From Macrostomum lignano (Eukaryota): a stretch of DNA of 64,000 nucleotides. The position numbers were made by a program, and so were the translations under genes. Below are positions 28,313 through 38,154 of this stretch, piece after piece. Below the pieces are notes generated by a model. It was not told the DNA's origin, ran no database searches, and saw only the letters and a list, made by a program, of their open reading frames with translations. The stretch's first letter is position 1. Each line of letters opens with the position of its first letter. The stretch is from NCBI GenBank assembly GCA_002269645.1, contig NIVC01001363.1:1-64000 (forward strand), read 5' to 3'.

Positions 28313-28755
28313 AATAACTAGATGATGGGCCACTCAGGCACATATACTTAGTAAAACAGCTTTCTACTTTCAGTTCAGTAGCAAAGAAGAAAACATAAGC
28401 TATTTTATAAAAATACGAGCGTAAAGCCAGCTCAAATGACCTTGAGTTTAGAAGTTTAGAAGCCCGAGCTTGCAGGCGTAAATAGCTTCCTAATTGGTTC
28501 AGCAGTGATGTACATTAGCCAGTCCACTGAAATGTACATGGCAGCTTTAGACTGGAATTCCGAGAAAGGCAATAAAAATTGTGGTGCGCGGAGGAGGAGG
28601 GTAGCATGGAAAGGCGCGGTTGGAGGGTTTAAGCTGGGGTAAGAGCCAATAAATGAGCCTTGGCTTTAAAAATACATTAAATTGCTTCTGTTTAACTTAC
28701 TACTGAACTGAAAGTAGCTTACACGCAAATGTGCTGAGTGGTCTATCTAGTTATT
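28313..28755. mobile_element. MITE-like non-autonomous element, copy 1 (about 440 bp)
   Basis: Imperfect terminal inverted repeats AATAACTAGATGATGGGCCACTCAG ... CTGAGTGGTCTATCTAGTTATT. A diverged inverted copy lies at 45358-45789. Confidence 0.6.
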
Positions 28756-29039
28756 TCAGTATCTGTGGGATGCACACAGCCACCTTGCCTCTAATAAAAA
28801 ATTATCAAGCTTAAAGTCGCAAAATTTTCATGTTAAGTTTTCAGCAATCACTTAATATTTATTAAATGCACTAACAATCAGAAGTCAGCAAGCCGATAAA
28901 GTTGCTATGTACACACACAGGTGAATACGTCACAGATGAATGCCTGCAACATTTTTAGATAGCCAAAAGTTACGACACAGCCGTGAAGTAGACCGAGACT
29001 GATCCGAACACACACAGGCAGACTTGAGGCAGACACACG

Positions 29040-29865
29040 TACAAAAAGACACTACGGACAGAGATAGGCAGACACAAACATTATGGACGGAGACAGGCAG
29101 ACAGAGGTACAGAAAGAGACAGACAGTGAGACAGACAGACAGAAGTACAGAAAGAGACAGACAGACAGACAGAGACAGACAGGACAGACAGGCAGGACAG
29201 AGACAGGCAGACAGAGACAGGCAAGGCAGACAGAGACAGGCAGACAGGACAGAGACAGAGACAGGCAAGACAGACAGACAGACAGAGACAGACAGACAGG
29301 ACAGAGACAGGCAGACAGACAGAGACAGGCAGACAGACAGAGACAGACAGACAGAGACAGGCAGACAGACAGAGACAGGCAGACAGTCAGGAAAGACAGG
29401 CAGGACAGACAGAGACAGGCAGACAGACAGAGACAGGCAGACAGGCAGGAAAGACAGGCAGGACAGGCAGGAAAGACAGGCAGGACAGACAGGACAGAGA
29501 CAGGTAGACAGACAGAGACAGGCAGACAGACAGGCAGACAGAGACAGGCAGACAGACAGACAGACAGAGACAGACAGAGACAGGCAGACAGACAGAGACA
29601 GGCAGACAGACAGGCAGACAGAGACAGACAGAGACAGGCAGACAGACAGAGACAGGCAGACAGACAGAGACAGGCAGACAGACAGAGACAGGCAGACAGA
29701 CAGAGACAGGCAGACAGACAGAGACAGACAGACAGAGACAGGCAGACAGACAGAGACAGGCAGACAGGCAGACAGAGACAGGCAGACAGGCAGACAGAGA
29801 CAGGCGGACAGACAGAGACAGGCAGACAGACAGAGACAGGCAGACAGGCAGACAGACAGACAGGC
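29040..29865. repeat. (GACA)n-based compound microsatellite
   Basis: Direct periodicity; abuts the SNAPC1-like stop codon. Confidence 0.96.
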
Positions 29866-29866
29866 C

Positions 29867-31338
29867 TCATTCGTTGTCCCCAGCGGGCCCGGCGCCGCCG
29901 CCATCCCCCGCAGGCAGCCCGGCCCACCTGTCGCAGGCCCGCTCGACCCGCTCAGTCGCCAGTTCGTCGACGACGCGCAAAGCTGGTGCGTCGGCCGCTA
30001 GCGGCGTCTTCAAAGCGACGTACTGGGCCAGCAGGGCGCGCATGGTCTCGAGGCGCTCCTCGCCCAGCAGACAGCGAAGCGGCTCGCGGTCCCCGGCGAG
30101 TCGCCTGCGAGCCTCCTCGGCGGCCGAGCAGAGCGGAGGCGGGGCGCTGGGGTAGCAGGGCAGCGGCTGGGCGCACAGCTGGAAGGCGCCGCGCAGCTGC
30201 AGGTAGCGCAGACAGTAAAGAGCGTCGCAGTGGCCCTCCTGGCAGAGCTGCTGGCGCAGTTCGGACAGGCGCTGCCACTGGGAGAGGCTCAGGCGGATTA
30301 GCGTGTTCACCTGTGTAAATTAAGTCATTAATCCAAATTCCCTTAATATTATTAAGTAAATAATAGTAGTTGATGTTAAAATACCAGGTTGTGATTTGAT
30401 CAACTTAGATACTCAAATTATAGAATTCTAAATATAATTCCCAGGTCCCCAATCTACATCCTTAACCTGGATCTAAATTCCAGATCCTCATGAAATTACA
30501 TTGAGGATCTGGGATTCTGATTGAGGATCAGGGATTTTGATTGGGGATCTGAATTTTGATTGAGGATCTGGGATTTTGATTGGGGATCTGAGATTTTGAT
30601 TGGGGATCTGGGATTTTGATTGGGGATCTGAGATTTTGATTGGGGATCTGGGATTTTGATTGGGGATCTGAGATTTTGATTGGGGATCTGAGATTTTGAT
30701 TGGGGATCTGGGATTTTGATTGGGGATCTGAGATTTTGATTGGGGATCTGGGATTTTGATTGGGGATCAGGCATTTTGATTGGATATCTGTGATTTGAGA
30801 CCCCAAGAGAGAATCCTACGCAATAAAATATCAGTGAAAACATTATAAAGAGCCGTCATATTGCCGGAGAACTCACCATTGGCGCCAGCTGTACATAGTA
30901 GGCGTACATCAGATACAGGGCACCAATTCGCAGCAGTGTAGAGTAGGGCGGCTGGCTATACAGAGCCAGGAGATGGAACAGGCATTGGGAAAAGTCCAGT
31001 AGCTCCTCCACGCTGCCGCGGCCTCGGCACAGTTCGGCCATGCCTCGTTGGGTAAACAGGGCGCCGAAAGCGGCGAATCTGGCCACGCCGGCCTCCGAGA
31101 AGGCGCGCAAAAAGCTGTCAATGTCTTCTTGAAGACCGGCAGCGGGATGTTGCTGTTGCTGCTCCTGCTGCAAAGATTGATCCACCCGCTCTCTCACCGC
31201 CTGTTTATCCGTGGCATGACGGCGCATTCGGCTAGCGGCCGTAATCAAGTCGTCCTCGTCGATAGAAGAGTCTGTGGAGGCGGCTGCATAGTCGGGATCG
31301 CTGCTTCCGCCAGTCGGGTCTGCGTCTGCTGATGCCAT
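29867..31338 (-). CDS. SNAPC1: snRNA-activating protein complex subunit 1 (SNAP43)-like; two exons, 31338-30877 and 30310-29867; 301 aa
   Basis: EDIDSFLRAF...RFAAFGALF...CRGR...ELLDF...PPYSTLLRIGALYLMYAYYVQ joined to LIRLSLSQWQRL...HCDALYCLRYL..RGAFQLCAQP follows the SNAPC1 N-terminal domain pattern. Phase-0 ATG|GTGAGT donor and TTTACACAG|GTG acceptor; TGA at 29869-29867. Confidence 0.85.
30500..30790. repeat. 21-bp minisatellite TTTTGATTGGGGATCTG(G/A)GA inside the SNAPC1-like intron
   Basis: Tandem periodicity. Confidence 0.9.
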
Positions 31339-31414
31339 CGCCAGAGCAGAGCCAAACTGGAAGGCGTATCAATACTGACTTTACATGCTGGCGTATGGAC
31401 AGCGTGCGTGTTGT

Positions 31415-31770
31415 TTGCGGAAACATCCTGGAGGCTGGGGAGATCATAAAGGACACATCCTGGACCTGGTGGTTGGGGACATTATAAAGGACACATCCAG
31501 GAGGCTGGAGACATCATAAAGGACACATCCTGGAGGCTGGGACATCATGGAGAACACATCCTGGAAGCTGGGGACATCAAGAAGGACACATCCTGGAGGC
31601 TGGGACATCATGAAGGACACATCCTGGAGGCTGGGACATCAAGAAGGACACACTATGAAGGCTGGAGGACATGAAGGACACACTATGAAGTCTAGATGAC
31701 ATCACAAAGGACACATTCTGGAGACTAAAAGACATCATGAAGGATACACTCCAGGGGCTGAAAGACATGA
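31415..31770. repeat. about 26-bp degenerate minisatellite GGACACATCCTGGAGGCTGGGACATCA.. upstream of the SNAPC1-like gene
   Basis: Tandem periodicity decaying toward the 3' end. Confidence 0.9.
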
Positions 31771-34045
31771 AGAAGTCATTTATTGTTTTAGGTATTTATT
31801 AATATAAGTCATCCAAGGCTAAATTGTCTCTTTTAATAAAACTATTATTGCTATATTGTAATGACTTCCCAATTCCCATATATTATTAGTTTATAATTAT
31901 AAGCTAGTTTATTTTGAACATTGAATTGGTTCATTCTGCTTAGTCTAACTTTTTTTATTGATTTATTGATCTCTACCCTAACTTTAGCCCTAGTACAGTT
32001 TTTGAAATTATAGAAGCTAATCTCTCTATTTGACTTTAAAAATATATACTTGGTCTATTTATAAATTGGTATTATTTTATTTTATTTGTAAAAATTTGAC
32101 CAAATATAATTAATATAATAGACAATTGAAAATGAAAGTTTAGGCCATTTTGTATATTTAATATTGATTTAAAATGATTATGGAAAACTATAAATTTTAT
32201 ACTATACATTGATTTTTTGATTCCTAAACCTTAAATGAAAAAAGCCATAACAAGCTTGTAAAACATAGTTGTCATAAAACAATAAATAAAAATTACAAAC
32301 TTTTCATTTGACCTATTAGTATTCATTATCTAATGCAAATATGAGGTGGAAGGCCTTTTTGTTTCAATAGATGGAATAGCAGCAAAGATTTTGCGCTGCT
32401 TTGCGTATATATTTATATTACAAATAGCGCGAGATTATTGAGGGACCTAGGGAGGTGCACACATGTGGCGTGGCATGATTGGCTACACAAACCCCCCTGG
32501 CTTAGCAAGCCAGCTAGCGCGGTACACCACCATCCCACCTCAGCTAGAAAGAGGTTGGCGGGGAGGTTTCTAGTGCAGCTACACTGGTGCTGCCAGTTGC
32601 ATAGTCTGGCTGCCACAAATATATCTTATAACAATAAGATAGGGATTATAGGCCTACTTATAGTCAAACATAAAAAAATGCATATATATATAATTTTTGA
32701 GCTTATTTGATAGAAACCAAATGAATTACAATTGCTCCTATCTCTAACATTAGTCAGTGATAACAAATAGGCCTAAACTGATATAAAAATATTATATTAT
32801 ACATGAGTCAATTAAAATATAAAAGAATGACCATTGTTCTAAAACCATTATATTTTTTATATTGCACTGTATATTTATTTTAACCAATATCAATACTTTA
32901 AAAGAACTAAGGGTATAAGTCCAGTTGAAAGGCCAAATATTGACTTAATATCTTAAGCATTTAAATATTGAAACTTGGAATGATCTCACACTTTCATTCA
33001 ATAAAATAGTTTGACTTCAAATTGATGCTTACAAAACAATTCTACAATTTTCCATAGTAAAACAAACATTGACAAATGTATATACATTTAAAAGCATAGG
33101 GCTAATGTGACATGGCCCTAAGGCCAATATCAATATGGTATGGTCTATGATCTAGTCTATGAAAATATGGCAAAGGTGGCTTTGATATGATATTAGGCCT
33201 AGTCTGTGATCTAAACCAAAGCACCTTGGCCCACATAAAATAAAAGTTTTGTAACATGCATGGCATGAGCAACATTCTATTCAATGCATATATAAAGAGT
33301 TTTTGTAGCATCACTTTTTCTACTGGATAAAGATAGATCTAGGCCTAGCCGCCTAGCACACTACTATCCACATTTATTGTTTTTTGACTTTGAATGAAAA
33401 GTACTGAACTCTATTTGGCTATCCTACACTTTCAGTTTAGTTTAGTTTTTAGTTTATAGCTCCTTCTTGGTATATAAACATATGTGCACCCCCCCGATTT
33501 ACACCAGCTGTGCGAGTGTGCGACTTGCTTTTTGACCAAAAATGCAACTTACCTATGAAAGTAATGTCTTCTTTGAGTCCCAAAATCTTCCAAGAAGTGT
33601 ATTAAAAGTTATTAAACCTATTAAATGTTTATTTATGTCTTCTTTTTTATTATTTTTTACGCGAATTATGAACCTCAAAGTGTATTAAACTTTGCAAAAC
33701 ATTTATCATAATTTTTTTAATGTTATATTTGTTTTACCGACTCATTTCACTAATGCGAAGCTTTCGGTCCTCTGTTAACTCGATCTGCTCTTTGAATATT
33801 TTCGTGCTCATGTAAATCCGATTTGGTCATGTGGGCTATGGTTTTGGAGTGTTACATGTATGTATCATGAGCAGATTATGGAGTGTATCATCACGAATTG
33901 TAGGGAGTATCCTGAGCTGATTACACATATATAGGCCGGGTTTATCAGGGGAGGGTGTATCAGGAAGTGAACTGTGGGGATCTCTGTTTCGAAGTCTAAA
34001 TATATGGCTTAATATATAACCGTTAAAAATGTTTCCCACTTTCTT

Positions 34046-34440
34046 CACAGCCCGAAGGTAGCTGCTGGCGAGGAACCGCTTTCCATTGTGAAGTTATCCT
34101 GCAGCTAGAGAATAATCATGGTACCTGGGGCAGTACATGTACCTACGGCAGCAGGCTGAGGCCAACAGCAGAACGAGCTCGAGATCCAATTATAGCAGCA
34201 GCTTGAAACTCGATCAACACATCAGCTCTGCACTCTCAACACCTTAGCTCTGCACTCTCAACACCTCAGCTCTGCACTCTTAACACCTCAGCTCTACGCT
34301 CTCAATACCTCAGCAGCTCTGCACTCTCCGTTGTAATGCATAATTAAAAGTCTCGTATAGAACGCTTAATTTTGTTTCAAGCACTTAACAATTTTGCTTT
34401 AAAATTTCATCAAGTGAAAATCAATGGAAAATAATATATT
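34046..34440 (+). pseudogene. decayed nanos paralog lacking the zinc finger
   Basis: CACAG|CCCGAAGGTAGCT...GAGGAACCGCTTTCCATTGTGAAG aligns with the acceptor and start of nanos exon 2 (43898-43945). A frameshift and TAG follow, then remnants of the Gln repeat, then sequence matching the nanos 3' UTR (GCTCTGCACTCT...TTTGCTTTAAAATT). Confidence 0.8.
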
Positions 34441-34659
34441 CAATAAGCGGGTTCTGCAATTACGAGTAGAGATCGGAGCGAAGAAGGCGGAAAGGAACGG
34501 AGTCTCAATCTCATCCACCTCTCCAGTCTCATCACATCAGTCTCACTTTTTAATGTGACAGAAGGCCCGCCAGACTTACAGACGCGGCGCAAGGACGCAA
34601 CCGGTTCGTGGAGTGAACTCAGATCCTCCCCGAGATTCCCCACCGCAGCTCTCGAGGCC

Positions 34660-34730
34660 TCAGCCAATGGCGGCAGCGCTGCGGCAAAACTCAAAGCGCT
34701 CAGTAGCGAGTTGCGGGGCCATAAATCACA
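34660..34730 (+). promoter_or_regulatory. CCAAT + ATAAA promoter-like module (copy P1)
   Basis: AGCCAATGG (34664) and CCATAAATCAC (34721). The same module recurs at 41311/41367 and, inverted, at about 55270-55340 and 62550-62750. Confidence 0.4.
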
Positions 34731-34884
34731 GGTGGGCAGCCGCTTTGACAAACAGCAGCTCACATCCCGCACGATCTGCAGGTGTGGACTCTTAGCTTTC
34801 TTTTCCTCATTTTTAGCAACTTGTCTACCAGTTCAGTCTCAGTTACAACAGGTTTCAGACATGCAGAGCAGCTTGTCACACAGA

Positions 34885-35480
34885 TTGGCAGAGGGGGTGG
34901 GGGATCAGCAGGGGGTCAGATTAGCAGAGGGTTGCGGATTGGCAGAGGGTGAGAAGGGGTGGATTGGCAGAGGAGGCGGATTGGCAGAGGGGGCGGATTG
35001 GCAGAGGGGGCGGATTGGCAGAGGGGTCGGATTGGCAGAAGGGCAGATTGGCATTAGCAGGGGGGGCGGATTGGCAGAGGGGGCGGATTGGCAGAGGGGG
35101 CGGATTGGCAGAGGGGTCGGATTGGCAGAAGGGCAGATTGGCATTAGCAGGGGGGGGGCGGATTGGCAGAGGGGCGGATTGGCAGAGGAGGCGGATTGGC
35201 AGAGGGGGCGGATTGGCAGAGGGGTCAGATTGGCAGAGGGGGCGGATTGGCAGAGGAGGCGGATTGGCAGAGGGTGAGAAGGGGCGGATTGGCCGAGGGG
35301 GCGGATTGGCAGAGGGGGCGGATTGGCAGAGAGGCGTATTGGCAGAGGGGGCGAATTGGCAGAGGAGGCGGATTGGCAGAGGGGCAGATTATCAAAATCG
35401 GTGGCAGCAAACGAAAGTTCTGCCAATCCGCCCCTCTGCCAATCCGCCCCTTCATCCAATCCACCCCCTCTGCCAATCCG
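34885..35480. repeat. 16-17-bp minisatellite GGATTGGCAGAGGGGC (GC-box fused to inverted CCAAT)
   Basis: The repeating junction reads GGGGCGGATTGG. The last units are inverted. The counterpart array is at 61765-62360. Confidence 0.95.
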
Positions 35481-35859
35481 CCGCTCTCATATTGACCTTA
35501 CCTCTGATGTGAGAAACTGAGAAATGCAGAGGAAAATAAATCATTTCACTGTCAGATCTTCGGGTGTCGCGAAGCAAGTTGAAGCAAGGCTTAGAATTGG
35601 ACAGGACCACCCATGGAGAGGGACAATGGGAATGACAGCTTTTGGCTCCGCTTCTGCATTCTTCCACTCTGACTTCCCTCTCACTCACCTTCAAATGAAA
35701 TAGTAAAGCTCAGACAAGGACTTCTAGAGCTAGCGCCATGCTATTTTGCACCTGAGCTATTTTTAGGAGTCCCCGGCTCAGATCATGGAGTCCCACCTGG
35801 TGTTAACAACGCCGGCGATCTTCACTTAAAAATGTAAAGAAACCGAAAAGCCTATTCTG

Positions 35860-36467
35860 GCTCTCCCTCTACCTCTCCCTCTCCCTCTCTCTTCCTCTCC
35901 TTCTCCCTCTCCCTCTCCCTCTCCTTCTCCCTCTCCATCTCCCTCTTCCTCTCCCTCCCTTCTCTCTCTCCCTCTTCTCCCTCTCCCTCTCCCTCTCCTT
36001 CTCCCTCTCCATCTCCCTCTTCCTCTCCCTCCCTTCTCTCTCTCCCTCTTCTCCCTCTCCCTCTCTCTTCCTCTCCTTTTCCCCCTCCCTCTTCATCTCC
36101 CTCTTCCTCTCCCTCTCCCTCTCCCTCTCCCTCTCTCTCCCTCTTCCTCTCTCTTCCTCTCCCTCTCCCTCTCTTCACCCTCTCCCTCTCTCTTCCTCTC
36201 CTTCTCCCTCTCCCTCTCCCTCTCCTTCTCCCTCTCCATCTCCCTCTTCCTCTCCCTCCCTTCTCTCTCTCCCTCTTCTCCCTCTCCCTCTCTCTTCCTC
36301 TCCTTTTCCCCCTCCCTCTTCATCTCCCTCTTCCTCTCCTTCTCCCTCTCCCTCTCTCTCCCTCTTCCTCTCCTTCTCCCTCACCCCCTCTCTCTCCCTC
36401 TTCCTCTCCCTCTCCCTCTCTTCTTCCTCTCCCTCTCCCTCTCTTCACCCTCTCCCTCTCCCTCCCC
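35860..36467. repeat. CT-rich low-complexity tract (mirror at 61063-61385)
   Basis: Polypyrimidine tract; length differs between the arms. Confidence 0.92.
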
Positions 36468-37334
36468 ATGCAACACAAAACCTCGAACTTTCACTTCTCT
36501 CCCTCAGCTGCCCTCACCCAATTCAAATCTCACTGCTCCTCAGGCCGGCATGGCAACTCCCAGATCGCTCGAGTCTCTCCAGCAGCCGCAGACACCTGGG
36601 CTGGTCGAGAGGCGACCGCGAATTCCCGCTTGGAAACCGCTTGGCAACGGAGAGCCGTCTCCAGCTGCAGCCAGCCTGCGGCCTCTCAACCCCGCTACCC
36701 TCAACCTTTAAGTCCACCTGGAAGTCGAGCCTTCAAACCGGTTCGAAAACCCAGAGCTGGCCTTAGCAACCGCCGCAGACCCACCTACCTGTGGAGTCTC
36801 AACTCGACTGATTCTAAAAATAGCACAGCCGGCAGTGCAGGCGTCCTTGAACCTCACGCAAGGAGCAAGGACCCGAATAACTTTTGGTCTGTCCTTGCGG
36901 ACCCTCAGCCACTGAGGCCCATCCCTCTGTGTAATATCCCAAGCTTTATTTAGCGTTAATTTCAGTCTTAAAACAAGCGCTGCATCTTTTTAATGAATTC
37001 AACAAAATTTAGCAAAGATAATTGCATAGAAAATATTTACTAAGGCTTTGTACAAAGCAGCATATTGAGTTTATTTTATCCTACTTATATTAACTGAATG
37101 TAATTACAAGTGGGCAAAAATTACTGGTTGTTATACTTTTAAAGTCATGCAGCTGAGCAAGAAAGTTGCGGTTATTTGCTTTGAAAATTACAAGCAGACA
37201 ACTATAGAATCGTGTAACTCATGCAAAATTGAAGATGTAAGAAGCGATTCGGAAACAGTTTGGCCTTAAATGTGCAATCGAAATATTTTATGCGATGCGC
37301 CGATGGGAAATCAATTCAGAAGAGAGGCAAAAGC

Positions 37335-37790
37335 AAGGGGTCAAGGGAGTCATTAGGGTCAAGGGGAGTCAGTGGAGTCAAAGGGAGTCAGTGGGGTCAA
37401 GGGGAGTCAGTGGGGTCAAAGGGAGTCAGTGGGGTCAAGGGGAGTCAGTGGGGTCAAGGGAGTCAGTGGGGTCAAGGGGAGTCAGTAGGGTCAAGGGCAT
37501 TCAGTGGGGTCAAGGGAGTCAGTGGGGTCAAGGGGATTCAGTGGGGTCAAGGGGAATCAGTGGGGTCAAGGGGAGTCAGTGGGGTCAAGGGGAGTTAGTG
37601 GGGTCAAGGAGAGTCAGTGGGGTCAAGGGGATTCAGTGGGGTCAAGGGGAATCAGTGGGGTCAAGGGGAGTCAGTGGGGTCAAGGAGAGTCAGTGGGGTC
37701 AAGGGGAGTCAGTGGGGTCAAGGGAGTCAGTGGGGTCAAGGGGATTCAGTGGGGTCAAGGGGAGTTAGTGGGGTCAAGGAGGGTTAGTGG
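37335..37790. repeat. 19-20-bp minisatellite GGGGTCAAGGGGAGTCAGT (mirror at 59785-60192)
   Basis: Tandem periodicity. Confidence 0.94.
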
Positions 37791-37959
37791 AATAAAGGTC
37801 AGCGATGCAATTGAGGATTACAAGTACTTGGTACATTTTTTGTAAACAAAAATGAGCGCATCCGACGTCCTTAGTTCGATTCGCGTGCTATGTAACAGTA
37901 AGGCAACAGTAATAGTAACTCTTTCAACTCAAAATCATAATTTTTTAGAGGCCTTCTCT

Positions 37960-38135
37960 AGGGGTGTCCGGGGTGCCGCTGTCTTGGGTGTCCTGGGGTG
38001 CCGCTGTCTTGGGGTGTCCTGGGGTGCCGCTATCTTGGGTGTCCTGGGGTGCCGCTGTCTTGGGTGTCCTGGGGTGCCGCTGTCTTGGGTGTCCTGGGGT
38101 GCCGCTGTCTTGGGTGTCCTGGGGTGCCGCTGTCT
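37960..38135. repeat. 25-26-bp minisatellite CTGGGGTGCCGCTGTCTTGGGTGTC just 3' of the TIS11-like stop (mirror at 58785-59608)
   Basis: About 7 units on the left arm versus about 32 on the right. Confidence 0.94.
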
Positions 38136-38154
38136 CTTCGGGTGTCTTCCATGT

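Noticed and set aside
31780-33830. AT-rich 2-kb block as a transposon or gene
   Set aside because: No terminal repeats, convincing ORF or recognisable motif found by eye.
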